This document shows positions 1 to 9,975 of a DNA stretch of 64,000 bases, piece by piece. The position numbers and the translations under genes are program-made. Positions within the stretch are counted from its first letter, which is position 1; each line of letters begins with the position of its first letter. The stretch comes from Candidatus Firestoneibacteriota bacterium. GTDB taxonomy: Bacteria; Oederibacteriota; D2-FULL-39-29; JBBTED01. The notes beneath the pieces are model-generated. The model had not been told where the DNA came from and did not search any database. It saw nothing but the letters and a program-made list of their open reading frames with translations. The stretch is taken from the NCBI GenBank assembly GCA_038042445.1, contig JBBTED010000018.1:24081-88080 (forward strand), given 5' to 3'.

Positions 1-1
1 A

Positions 2-1522
2 ATAAGAGAAGTTTGGAGTTCAATTACAGGTTCTCCTTCTTCTGAATGTAATATATATGTTAATATAAAAAGCACCCCTTTTTATTCACTAGTTAGATTT
101 TATTTATTAAAACTACCAATTCATCCACAGGTAACATTCAATATTTTTAATTTAATTATTTCTATTTTGGTTTTTTATAGTTCCTATTTATTGATAAAAT
201 TACTTTTTGACAATATCACAGCTATTAAAAGTTTGATAATTATGCTTTCGTTCTATGGTTTATACACTGTAACCAGGTTTTCAGGCAGAGGATATATGGT
301 TATAGGTTTGGTTTTTATACTTTTTGGCTGTTATTTTATTTGGAAATCTATTCTTTCAGGAAAACAACACTATCTGATTTATGGTGGTGTTTTTATGGGT
401 CTTTCGTGGAATACAGGTAATAATATGACGAAATTAACTCCGGGGTTTTTATTAATAACATTAATATTTTATATAATACACTATTTAAAGCAAAACAAAT
501 TTTCATTTAAAAAAATATTTGACTTAGTTTTAAATATTTTACTTTTTAGCGGATTTTTAATTGTTACAAGTGTGTTTGTTGCTAAAATCATTGCATATAC
601 ATTTGAGGTAGATACTAATTTCTGGTCTTTTCTTCTCAATAAAGAATTTAGAAAAGATATACCCGTGACAGCATCTTTTAATGTAGGTTTTAATGAAATA
701 TTCAGAAGGTTGCGTTTGTTTATATTTTTCCCTAAATTTAATGATGTTATTAATCATATGGATGAATTTTTTTACAACCAAGCTCTAATACCTGAATTTT
801 ATGTAGTGTTTTTAATTCTATCAATATTTTATTTAAAGAAGAATTTTAGAACATCACCTTTAAAATTTAGCTATATAGCAGTTTTTACTCTTGTGCCATT
901 TGCATTAATTTTTACCTTATATCCTCAATGGGAAATACGATATCAACTTATATTTTTACCTTTTTTAGCTTTACTTGTAGTATTGGGAATGCAATATTAT
1001 TTTGAAGTTTTAGCAATTAAAATAAAAAAAGAAATTTATAGAAGGATTATATCAGGAGTCATAATAATTATTGTAGGTGTAATATTTTTAAGCAAAATAT
1101 ATAACGTTACTTTTGGTGATTATGCTAAATCATGGAATAATTGTCAAAGTATGGCTGGTCATAGATTTACATCAGATGCTTTAAAAGTGATGTATAAAAA
1201 ATATGATAAAACTATGACGCTTATGCAGGATTTTATGTATTCAGAGGGTATATGTGCATATCTAGGTTTTGATATTAATCATAGATATAAAATGTTAGGT
1301 TCTTGTGCTCCAACAACAGAAGATTCTATATCTAAGTTTTTTGATCAATATACAAAAGAAAATGGCAAAGTGTTTATTGTTGTAGCAGATGGTTGGCATT
1401 ATGGAAGGCTTGTTGGGTGGTATCCAAATATAAAATTAGAATTAATCAAGAAAATAAAATTGCCAAAGGTAAGAAGTTTTCATGGAACAGGTTTAAGCTT
1501 GTATTGTGTAAATGGAATTTAA
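2..1522 (+). CDS. Paralog 1 (5'-truncated at the window edge) of a tandem family of polytopic membrane proteins with a C-terminal soluble domain. Topology resembles GT-C-fold glycosyltransferases (ArnT/PMT-like).
   Basis: The frame stays open from nt 2 with no upstream stop. The protein is collinear with the next three ORFs, including the conserved core ...LIKLLFDN..AIKSL..LSFYG.YTVTRF.GRGY... and the C-terminus GKVFIVVADGWHYGRLVGWYPNIKLELIKKIKLPKVRSFHGTGL.LYCVNGI. It has many hydrophobic helices. Confidence 0.5.
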   Translation: MREVWSSITGSPSSECNIYVNIKSTPFYSLVRFYLLKLPIHPQVTFNIFNLIISILVFYSSYLLIKLLFDNITAIKSLIIMLSFYGLYTVTRFSGRGYMVIGLVFILFGCYFIWKSILSGKQHYLIYGGVFMGLSWNTGNNMTKLTPGFLLITLIFYIIHYLKQNKFSFKKIFDLVLNILLFSGFLIVTSVFVAKIIAYTFEVDTNFWSFLLNKEFRKDIPVTASFNVGFNEIFRRLRLFIFFPKFNDVINHMDEFFYNQALIPEFYVVFLILSIFYLKKNFRTSPLKFSYIAVFTLVPFALIFTLYPQWEIRYQLIFLPFLALLVVLGMQYYFEVLAIKIKKEIYRRIISGVIIIIVGVIFLSKIYNVTFGDYAKSWNNCQSMAGHRFTSDALKVMYKKYDKTMTLMQDFMYSEGICAYLGFDINHRYKMLGSCAPTTEDSISKFFDQYTKENGKVFIVVADGWHYGRLVGWYPNIKLELIKKIKLPKVRSFHGTGLSLYCVNGI

Positions 1523-1542
1523 AATGATGGAGGGTATTTTTT

Positions 1543-3285
1543 ATGATTAATATTATTGTAAATAAATGGTTTGCAGGAAAAAATAATCAAAAATTTTATT
1601 ATATTCTATTCTTTGTGCTTTTCGGATTATTTTTTGTTTTTAATTTATTAAGTTTACCAAAAGAAATGGATGAGCGAGGTATGTTTGATGAGAATATTAG
1701 ATTTTTAGAATATAAAAATACTAATAATTTAAGTTTAGAAAAAGCATTTGAAGATTGGGATGCAATTATTGGTGAAAAAAGTCGTTCTTTATACATAACT
1801 ACATATATAACTGGTTCTCCTTTTTATTCACTAATCAGGTTTTATTTGTTGAAATTACCAATTCATCCAGTGGTAACTTTTAACATATTTAATTTAATTG
1901 TGGCAATTTTATTTTTCTATGCAGCGTATTTATTAATTAAATTACTTTTTGACAATATTATTGCTATTAAAAGTTTAATAATTATGCTTTCATTCTATGG
2001 TGTATATACTGTAACAAGATTTTCAGGCAGAGGATATATAGTTATAGGATTAGCATTTATTCTTTTTGGTTGTTATTTTATTTGGAAATCTATGCTTTCT
2101 GGAAAACAATACTATTTAATTTATGCTGGTATTTTTATGGGGCTCTCATGGACAGCAGGTAATCATATGACAAAATTGACTCCAGGCTTTTTAATAATCA
2201 CATCAATATTTTATACATTTAATTATTTTAAGCAGAATAATTTTAGTTTTAAAAATCTTTTAAAACTTTTTTTAAATTTCTTTTTTCTTGTTGGTTCATT
2301 TACCATAATAAGTGTTGTTATTATAAAAATTATGTCATATAAGTTCAATCTGGATTTTTCATCATTGTTATTACAGACAGGATTTATGAAAGACAGGGCA
2401 GTAGGTCCCGGTTCTAATGTGGTTGTTACTGAAATATTAAGACGTTTACGTTTATTTATATGTTTTCCTAAATTTAGCGATGTAATTCTCTGGTGGGATG
2501 AATTTTTTTATGGACACTCGTTAATACCAGAGTTTTTTATATCGTTTTTAATTCTATCAATATTTTATCTGAAGGAAAATTTTAAAATATATTTTTTTAG
2601 GTTTGTTTATATAACAATTTTTGCATTGTTGCCTTTTATATTTATTTTTACTCTATCAGAATGGGAAATACGGTATCAACTTATATTTTTGCCTTTTTTA
2701 GCTGTATTGATAGTATTTGGACTTAAATATTACTTTGAAGTTATAGCAGTTAAAATTGAAAACATTAGTGGCAAAACTTGCTATAAAATTTATAGAAGAA
2801 TTATATCAGGGATTATAATAATTGTTATTGCAATTATATATTCAAGCAAAATATATAATGTAGCTTTTGGTGATTATGCTAAATCATGGAATAATTCCTA
2901 TAATGGGCCTGGGCATAGGGCTACAGCAGATGCTTTAAATATTATGTATAAAAAATACGGTGAAAGCATTAAAACTATTACACTACTTCAAGATTTTATG
3001 TCTCCAGACGGTATGCTTGTATATCTTGGTTTTAATCTTGATCACAAGTATAAAATGTTAGGGGCTTGTGGTCCAACTACGGAGAATTCCATACCTAAGC
3101 TTTTTGATCAATATACAAAAGAAAACGGTAAAGTGTTTATTGTAGTAGCAGATGGTTGGCATTATGGAAGGCTTGTTGGATGGTATCCAAATATAAAATT
3201 GGAGTTGATAAAAAAAATAAAATTGCCAAAGGTAAGAAGTTTTCATGGAACAGGTTTAAAATTGTATTGTGTAAATGGAATTTAA
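1543..3285 (+). CDS. Paralog 2 of the tandem GT-C-like (ArnT/PMT-like topology) membrane protein family, 580 aa.
   Basis: It has an N-terminal TM, an ~80-aa loop, about 11 more TMs, and a ~130-aa C-terminal soluble domain. The last ~150 nt are more than 90% identical to paralog 1. Confidence 0.5.
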   Translation: MINIIVNKWFAGKNNQKFYYILFFVLFGLFFVFNLLSLPKEMDERGMFDENIRFLEYKNTNNLSLEKAFEDWDAIIGEKSRSLYITTYITGSPFYSLIRFYLLKLPIHPVVTFNIFNLIVAILFFYAAYLLIKLLFDNIIAIKSLIIMLSFYGVYTVTRFSGRGYIVIGLAFILFGCYFIWKSMLSGKQYYLIYAGIFMGLSWTAGNHMTKLTPGFLIITSIFYTFNYFKQNNFSFKNLLKLFLNFFFLVGSFTIISVVIIKIMSYKFNLDFSSLLLQTGFMKDRAVGPGSNVVVTEILRRLRLFICFPKFSDVILWWDEFFYGHSLIPEFFISFLILSIFYLKENFKIYFFRFVYITIFALLPFIFIFTLSEWEIRYQLIFLPFLAVLIVFGLKYYFEVIAVKIENISGKTCYKIYRRIISGIIIIVIAIIYSSKIYNVAFGDYAKSWNNSYNGPGHRATADALNIMYKKYGESIKTITLLQDFMSPDGMLVYLGFNLDHKYKMLGACGPTTENSIPKLFDQYTKENGKVFIVVADGWHYGRLVGWYPNIKLELIKKIKLPKVRSFHGTGLKLYCVNGI

Positions 3286-3289
3286 TCTA

Positions 3290-4981
3290 ATGAAGAATAA
3301 TAAAATTTATTATATTTTATTTTTTGTGCTTTTTGGTATTTTCTTTGTATTTAATTTATTTGGATCGCCTAAAGATAGGACAGACATTGCTTATCTTGAT
3401 ACAGGAGTTAGGGTTGTTGAATATCAAATTTGCAATAATTTAAGTTTGGCAGAAATACATAAAGTATGGCAGTTGGTTTCTGGCGATATGACTTATAAAG
3501 ATGGAGAATTTGGGCTTTATAAAGCCACTTTGTATCCATCTCCTCTTTATGCATTAGTGAGATTTTACCTATTGAAATTACCGATAGATTCAATGATAAC
3601 GTTTAACATATTTAACTTAATTGCAGCAATTTTGTTTTTCTTGGCAACGTATTTATTAATAAAATTACTTTTTGATAATGATACAGCAATTAAAAGTCTG
3701 CTAATTTTGCTTTCGTTTTATGGGGTATATACTGTAATGAGATTTGCAGGTCGTGGTTATTTGGTTATAGGGTTGGATCTTATTATTTTTGGGTGTTATT
3801 TTATCTGGAAGTCTATGATTTTAGAAAAACAACGTTATTTAATTTATGCAGGTATTTTTATGGGGTTGTCTTGGACAGTGGGTAATCATATGACGAGATT
3901 AACACCTGGATTTTTATTAGTCACATTGATATTTTATATTATGGATTATTTTAAACAAAATAATTTTTCAGTCAAAAATTGTTCAAAGCTTTTATTGAAC
4001 CTCTCAGTTTTTTCTGTTTTTTTTGTTGTTACAAGTGTTGTTATAATAAAAATTATATCATATAAATTTAACTTCGATTTTTATCCGCTATTATTTAATA
4101 CAGCATTTTTGAAAGATAGAGGGTTTAATATATCTCCAGTGATAGATATCTATGTGGTTTTTAGAAGACTACGGTTGTTTACAGGTTTATTTAAACTCAC
4201 CGATATTTATAGCGAACACGAAGAATTTTTGTATGGATATGCACTAATCCCTAATTTTTTTATGCCATTTTTAATTCTATCAATTTTTTATTTAAAAAGA
4301 AACTTTAAACTTAAGCCATTACAGTTTACTTATGTGTTAATTTTTGCTGCAATGCTTTTTATAGTTATGTTAATGTATCCGTTATGGGGAATACGATTTA
4401 CCATTATATTTTTACCATTTTGGGCATTGCTTGTATTTTTTGGTATTAAATATTATTTTGAAGTTTTAGCAATTAAAATTAAAAATAATAATTATAAAAA
4501 GATTGTGTCAGGCATTATAATAGTTGTTATGACAGTAATATATTTAAGTAGAATGTTCACCGTATTTTTTGGTGATTATGCTAAATCCTGGAATAATCCT
4601 CAATTCTTTGCCGGCCATAGATTTGCTGCAGATGCTTTGAGACCGATGTATAAAAAATACGATAAAACAATTACTTTATATAACGACTTTATGTATTCAA
4701 CTCTTTTGATCGCATATCTTGGTTTTAATCCAGATCATAAGTATAGGTCAATATCTGAGTGTTTGGATTTAAATGCAGAAGAATCACTGCCTAAACTTTT
4801 TGAAAAATACACAAAAGAGGGTGGAAAAGTTTTTGTTATTGTATCAGATGGTTGGCATTATGGTAGGCTTATTTCAACTTATCCAAATATCAAATTAGAG
4901 TTAATAAAAAAAATAAAATTGCCAAAATTAAGAAGTTTTCATGGGACTGGTTTAAAATTATATTGTGTAAATGGGATTTAA
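3290..4981 (+). CDS. Paralog 3 of the tandem GT-C-like membrane protein family.
   Basis: Same architecture as paralogs 1 and 2. The start is placed at the ATG at 3290 (MKNNKIYYILFF...), directly after the upstream stop. The track's 3275 start would overlap the previous gene. Confidence 0.5.
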   Translation: MKNNKIYYILFFVLFGIFFVFNLFGSPKDRTDIAYLDTGVRVVEYQICNNLSLAEIHKVWQLVSGDMTYKDGEFGLYKATLYPSPLYALVRFYLLKLPIDSMITFNIFNLIAAILFFLATYLLIKLLFDNDTAIKSLLILLSFYGVYTVMRFAGRGYLVIGLDLIIFGCYFIWKSMILEKQRYLIYAGIFMGLSWTVGNHMTRLTPGFLLVTLIFYIMDYFKQNNFSVKNCSKLLLNLSVFSVFFVVTSVVIIKIISYKFNFDFYPLLFNTAFLKDRGFNISPVIDIYVVFRRLRLFTGLFKLTDIYSEHEEFLYGYALIPNFFMPFLILSIFYLKRNFKLKPLQFTYVLIFAAMLFIVMLMYPLWGIRFTIIFLPFWALLVFFGIKYYFEVLAIKIKNNNYKKIVSGIIIVVMTVIYLSRMFTVFFGDYAKSWNNPQFFAGHRFAADALRPMYKKYDKTITLYNDFMYSTLLIAYLGFNPDHKYRSISECLDLNAEESLPKLFEKYTKEGGKVFVIVSDGWHYGRLISTYPNIKLELIKKIKLPKLRSFHGTGLKLYCVNGI

Positions 4982-4985
4982 AATA

Positions 4986-6698
4986 ATGAAAAACACCAAG
5001 ATTTATTATATTTTATTTTTTGTTCTTTTCGCTATTTTCTTTATATTTAATCTATTTAAATCACCTAAAGATATGATTGAGCCTTGCTATTTTGATACAG
5101 CAATTAGGGTTGTCGAATATCAAATTTGCAATAACTTAAGTTTAGCAGAAATGGATAAAATATGGCGTTCGGTTTCTGGTTCTACTTCTATATATTCTAT
5201 AGATGGACAATATGGTTTATATACAACGACTTTATATGGAGCACCACTTTATTCTCTAATCAGGTTTTATCTTCTAAAACTTCCATTTCATCCTATGATA
5301 ACGTTTAATATTTTAAACTTAATTGTCGCAATTTTATTTTTCTATGCATCGTATTTATTAATAAAATTACTTTTTGATAATGATACAGCAATTAAAAGTT
5401 TGCTAATTTTGCTTTCGTTTTATGGGGTATATACTGTAACTAGATTTGCAGGCCGTGGTTATTTGGTTATAGGGTTAGCATTTATTCTTTTTGGGTGTTA
5501 TTTTATATGGAAGTCTATGATTTTAGAAAAACACCGTTATTTAATTTATGCTGGTATTTTTATGGGTCTTTCTTGGACAGCAGGTAATCTTATGTCGAGA
5601 TTAACACCTGGGTTTTTATTGGTCGCATTGATATTTTATATCGCGAATTATTTTAAACAAAATAATTTTTCAGTTAAAAATTGTTCAAAGCTTTTATTAA
5701 ATCTCTCAGTTTTTTCTATTTTTTTCGTTGTTACAAGTGTTGTTATAATAAAAATTATATCGTATAAATTCAATCTGGATTTTAATTCTCTACTGCTAAA
5801 CAAGAAATTTAGAATAGATGTGGCAGTAATTCCAATGGATTATGGGGGTGTTAATGCATTGCCAAGATTATTGCGTAGATTACGTTTGCTAACAGGTTTT
5901 ATTAACTATGGTGATTATAGAGATCATACCGAAGAATTTCTCTATGGATATGCACTAATACCCAATTTTTTTGTACCATTTTTATGTTTATCAATTTTTT
6001 ATTTAAAGAAGAATTTTAAACTTAAAAAATTTCAGTTTATTTATGTATTAATTTTTGCTGCATCGCTTTTTGTAATTATGTTTGTTACCCCACAATGGTC
6101 AATACGATATACCATTGTATTTTTACCATTTTGGGCATTGCTTGTATTTTTGGGTATAAAATATTATTTTGAAGTTTTAGCAATTAAGATTAAAAATGAA
6201 ATTTATAGAAAGATTGTATCAGGAATTATAATAATTGTTATAGCAATAATATACTTAAGCAAAATACATAATGTATTTTTTGGTGATTATGCTAAATCAT
6301 GGAATAATTCTCAATTTTTTGCCGGTCATAGATTTGCTACAGATTCATTAGTCCCAATGCGTAAAAAATATAATAAAACCATTACTTTATATAATGATTT
6401 TATGTTTTCAGATCAATTGATTGCATATCTTGATTTTAGTCCAGACCATAAGTACAAGTCAATATCTTCTTGTTTAGATTTAAAGGCAGAAGAATCAGAG
6501 TCATTGCCAAAACTTTTTGAAAAATACACAAAAGAATGCGGAAAAGTCTTTGTTATAATTTCAGATGGTTGGCATTATGGAAGACTTGTTTCAGCTTATC
6601 CAAATATAAAATTAGAATTAATAAAAAAAATAAAATTACCAAAGCTAAGAAGTTTTCATGGAACAGGTTTAAAATTATATTGTGTTAATGGAATTTAA
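4986..6698 (+). CDS. Paralog 4 of the tandem GT-C-like membrane protein family.
   Basis: Same architecture. The start is placed at the ATG at 4986 (MKNTKIYYILFF...). The 5' and 3' ends are conserved with the other paralogs at nucleotide level. Confidence 0.5.
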   Translation: MKNTKIYYILFFVLFAIFFIFNLFKSPKDMIEPCYFDTAIRVVEYQICNNLSLAEMDKIWRSVSGSTSIYSIDGQYGLYTTTLYGAPLYSLIRFYLLKLPFHPMITFNILNLIVAILFFYASYLLIKLLFDNDTAIKSLLILLSFYGVYTVTRFAGRGYLVIGLAFILFGCYFIWKSMILEKHRYLIYAGIFMGLSWTAGNLMSRLTPGFLLVALIFYIANYFKQNNFSVKNCSKLLLNLSVFSIFFVVTSVVIIKIISYKFNLDFNSLLLNKKFRIDVAVIPMDYGGVNALPRLLRRLRLLTGFINYGDYRDHTEEFLYGYALIPNFFVPFLCLSIFYLKKNFKLKKFQFIYVLIFAASLFVIMFVTPQWSIRYTIVFLPFWALLVFLGIKYYFEVLAIKIKNEIYRKIVSGIIIIVIAIIYLSKIHNVFFGDYAKSWNNSQFFAGHRFATDSLVPMRKKYNKTITLYNDFMFSDQLIAYLDFSPDHKYKSISSCLDLKAEESESLPKLFEKYTKECGKVFVIISDGWHYGRLVSAYPNIKLELIKKIKLPKLRSFHGTGLKLYCVNGI

Positions 6699-6850
6699 AG
6701 CTATTATGTTTGACGAAAAATATAAACCATAGGCAAATAATTATAAATTCTCTTCTGTAGAATATACCTATATTTGCACAATAAATTTCTTGAATAAGCT
6801 TGGTTTTACTGATATAATTTCATATAGATTTTAAATGAGGCAAATCGGAT

Positions 6851-7168
6851 ATGAAAACAAAAGATTATGAAATAGCAAAACAGTTAAAAGAACAATTGTC
6901 CTTTATTGTGTCCATAATTGATTTTAGGGTTTTTGGTTCAAGGGTTCGGGGTGATGAAAATAAATTCTCTGATATGGACATTTTTATAGAAGTTGAACAG
7001 ATTAATAAACAACTGAAAAAAAAAATCAGAAATATAATATGGGAAGTAGGATTTGAAAATTCTGTTTATGTATCTCCTCTTATCTTTACCCGCTATGAGA
7101 TTGAAGATTCTCCGTTAAGAGTTTCTCCTATAGTAAAAAATATTCATGAAGAAGGAGTTAAAATATGA
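6851..7168 (+). CDS. Minimal nucleotidyltransferase (MNT) domain protein, the antitoxin-like partner of an MNT-HEPN toxin-antitoxin pair.
   Basis: It carries the motif RVFGSRVRGDENKFSDMDIFIEV, which matches the GS-x9-13-DxD signature of the Pol-beta-type nucleotidyltransferase fold. It is 105 aa long and overlaps the downstream HEPN ORF by 4 nt. Confidence 0.7.
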   Translation: MKTKDYEIAKQLKEQLSFIVSIIDFRVFGSRVRGDENKFSDMDIFIEVEQINKQLKKKIRNIIWEVGFENSVYVSPLIFTRYEIEDSPLRVSPIVKNIHEEGVKI

Positions 7169-7505
7169 CAGATAGAAACACACTTTTTTTCTATCGTTTT
7201 AAACAAGCAGAAGAGACTCTTTCAGATGCCAAAAAGATGCTGGAAAGTGGTTTAAGTCCCAGATCTATTACCAATCGTGCGTATTATTCTGTGTTTTATG
7301 CAATATTGGCTCTATTTTTGATAGAGAATTTGTGAAGACAGGAAAGATTGATAAACATTATTCGGAAATACTTCATGATATTTTTGATGCAAGACTGGAA
7401 AGTGATTATAAGGAATGTATTGAAATAACGATTGATGATGTGACAGAACATGTTAAACTTGCAGAGGAATTTCTAAAAATCATTAAAGAATTTACAGAAA
7501 AATAA
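7165..7505 (+). pseudogene. HEPN-domain toxin-like gene, disrupted by a frameshift.
   Basis: The N-terminal 56 codons (MTDRNTLFFYRFKQAEETLSDAKKMLESGLSPRSITNRAYYSVFYAILALF...) end at a TGA at 7333-7335. The reading continues in another frame (...KTGKIDKHYSEILHDIFDARLESDYKECIEITIDDVTEHVKLAEEFLKIIKEFTEK) to the stop at 7505. The shift lies at a T5 run near 7318. Confidence 0.6.
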
Positions 7506-7570
7506 AATTGCCTAAAAAAGAAGTTTTCATGGGACTAGTTTAAAATTATATTGTATAAATGGAATTTAAA
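7500..7570 (+). pseudogene. A ~70-bp 3'-terminal remnant of a further GT-C-like paralog (KIKLPK..FHGTGLKLYC.NGI*), carrying an internal 1-nt deletion.
   Basis: The sequence aaaataaaattgcctaaaaaagaagttttcatgggactagtttaaaattatattgtataaatggaatttaa aligns with the last ~70 nt of each paralog but is frameshifted. Nothing upstream of it belongs to a paralog. Confidence 0.6.
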
Positions 7571-7579
7571 AATTAATAT

Positions 7580-9085
7580 ATGAATTATTTTGATGTAGTA
7601 TTATTTTCACCACCATCGCGTATGATTAATCACTACAGGCCTCCTGTGGGTTTATTGTATATTGGTGGATATTTGACACATAAGGGATTGAAAGTAAAAA
7701 TTATTGATATTCCTTTAAAGGAACAGATAAGAACAAAAGAATTTTTTGATAATGTTGATAAAGTTATTGACGATGTGCATCAAAAAATGATTAGTGAATT
7801 TAAGCAGATAAAGACTAAAGTAGTAGGAATTTCTTGTTATACTCCTGAGTATTTTGAAGTTGTAAAATTGGCAAAAGACATAAAAAAGATAGATAATTCA
7901 GTAAAAATCATAGTTGGTGGAATTCACTCAACTTTTTACCCGCAGGATTTTTTTGATGAAGATACAGGTGTTGACATTTGTGTTCTTGGCGAAGGCGAAT
8001 TAACAATGTATGACTTATGCCAACATATTCTAAATAATGACAAAAAAGATCTAAATGAAATTAATGGAATAGCATATTTTGATAGTAGTTCGCGGAAAGT
8101 TGTTTGTGCACCAAAAAGAATTTTATCTGAAAATCTGGATGATATTTCATTTCCTGACTATAGTTTGATAGATATGGAATATTATACAAATGCAAATCCG
8201 TATGCAATAAGAGGTTGTTTTTTGAGATCAATGTATTTGTTGGCAACACGTGGATGTCCTTCGCAATGTACATTTTGTGTCGCAAAAAAATTACGGGAAT
8301 TTACAAGTTCCAGCAGGGTTCGTAGTGCTAAAAGTTTAATAAGAGAACTTGTTGAATTGAAAGAAAAATATTCTATAGATTCCTTTTATTTTATAGATGA
8401 TTTATTTACTATTAATAAAGATAATGTTAAAGAATTTTGTAGTATGTTGAAAACCAATAAATTGAATTTGCTTTGGGGGTGTTCTTCAAAAGTTGTTACT
8501 CTTAATGAAGATGTGATAAAAGCTATGTCAGAATCAGGATGTGTTCAGATAGATTTTGGTGTTGAACGGGGTTCAGATAAAGCTCTGCGGTTACTAAAAA
8601 AAGGCCAAAATGTATCAATTATAAAAAACATTTTTGGCTATTGTCATACTTATGGTATTAGAACTTTTGCAAATATGTTGACAAATCTTCCAGAGGAAAC
8701 AGAGGAAGATCTTAATGATATTCTTAAATTATTAGATGAAATAAATTCTGAGATAGTTAGTATAAATATATTTACTCCATATCCAGGTACAGAAATATAT
8801 GATAATTCAAAATTCAAATACAAAAAAGAAGAGTATGCTTATTTAACAAGGGATATTACCTGGCTTATTAAGACATATCCTGAAAGGTTTAGATATTCTT
8901 CTCATAATATTAATTTAGAAGAATGGGTTGTCCAACATAATAAACAATATAATAAAATTTTTCCAAATCTTAAATTTTATTTAAGTGGAAAGTATTTAAA
9001 TGTTCTGTTAAAATCAAAAGAAAAGATGAATTACTTAAAGCAATTTAATTTGTTATTTAGGGAGTTTTTAAATCAAAAATTTTGA
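7580..9085 (+). CDS. B12-binding radical SAM protein (class B radical SAM).
   Basis: It has an N-terminal cobalamin-binding-like domain, followed by the radical SAM motif CPSQCTFC (CxxxCxxC). It is 501 aa long. Confidence 0.8.
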   Translation: MNYFDVVLFSPPSRMINHYRPPVGLLYIGGYLTHKGLKVKIIDIPLKEQIRTKEFFDNVDKVIDDVHQKMISEFKQIKTKVVGISCYTPEYFEVVKLAKDIKKIDNSVKIIVGGIHSTFYPQDFFDEDTGVDICVLGEGELTMYDLCQHILNNDKKDLNEINGIAYFDSSSRKVVCAPKRILSENLDDISFPDYSLIDMEYYTNANPYAIRGCFLRSMYLLATRGCPSQCTFCVAKKLREFTSSSRVRSAKSLIRELVELKEKYSIDSFYFIDDLFTINKDNVKEFCSMLKTNKLNLLWGCSSKVVTLNEDVIKAMSESGCVQIDFGVERGSDKALRLLKKGQNVSIIKNIFGYCHTYGIRTFANMLTNLPEETEEDLNDILKLLDEINSEIVSINIFTPYPGTEIYDNSKFKYKKEEYAYLTRDITWLIKTYPERFRYSSHNINLEEWVVQHNKQYNKIFPNLKFYLSGKYLNVLLKSKEKMNYLKQFNLLFREFLNQKF

Positions 9086-9957
9086 ACATTATGCTTTGTA
9101 AATTATGTAGTGGTGATGCCCAAAAAATATTTGATGCTAATAATATTCATGGGCGACATATATTTTCTGTAGATGAAAAATTTGAAGTTTATAGATGCAA
9201 TAAGTGTAATGTGGTTTTTATAGCTAATGTTCTTATTGATTCAGCATACTACGGAAAATATTATCCTAAAAATTATTATAATGAACTATATGGTAAGGTG
9301 TTACAATATATAATAGAACAAATAGGTAATGTAGCAATAAGATCCAGAGAAAAACAAATTTTAAGCAATTTAAGTTTGAATGATGGAGTAAAAGCTAAAA
9401 TTTTAGATGTAGGTTGTGGTAGTGGAGGGTTTTTAAGTGGTATAAGTGACAACAATTTTGAAAAATATGGAATAGAAATCAATCCTGAAGGTTATAAAAT
9501 ATGTAAGGATAAAGGTATAAAGGTATACAATCAAGATATTAAAAATATAAGTTTTGGAGATAAATTTTTTGATGTTATTACTTTATGGCATGTGATTGAA
9601 CATATTGCTACGCCTTATGAAATAATATCAGAAATAAAAAGAATATTAAAAGATGATGGAGTATTGGTGATTACTATGCCTAATACTGACAGTTTTGGGT
9701 TTAAATACGGGCAAAAATTTTGGTTTCATTTAGATGCTCCAAGGCATTTAATTTTGTATAATATGAAAAGTTTGACTCAGCTTATGAGCAAAGCAGGGTT
9801 TAGTATTTTAAAAAAGAAGAATATGTTTTTTGAATTTCCTCTTGATTTGTTTTGGTCAATAAGGAAGTCTTGGGTAAGATATTTTATTTATCCATTTTAT
9901 CCTATGTTTAAAATCTTATCAGAAGAAACAATATTATTGGTTTGTAAAAAACAATAA
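9082..9957 (+). CDS. Class I SAM-dependent methyltransferase with an N-terminal Cys4 zinc ribbon.
   Basis: The N-terminus has CKLCSG...CNKCN. Motif I is LDVGCGSGGF. Its start overlaps the stop of the upstream radical SAM gene (ATGA). Confidence 0.75.
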   Translation: MNIMLCKLCSGDAQKIFDANNIHGRHIFSVDEKFEVYRCNKCNVVFIANVLIDSAYYGKYYPKNYYNELYGKVLQYIIEQIGNVAIRSREKQILSNLSLNDGVKAKILDVGCGSGGFLSGISDNNFEKYGIEINPEGYKICKDKGIKVYNQDIKNISFGDKFFDVITLWHVIEHIATPYEIISEIKRILKDDGVLVITMPNTDSFGFKYGQKFWFHLDAPRHLILYNMKSLTQLMSKAGFSILKKKNMFFEFPLDLFWSIRKSWVRYFIYPFYPMFKILSEETILLVCKKQ

Positions 9958-9975
9958 ATGGAGATATAATATTAT

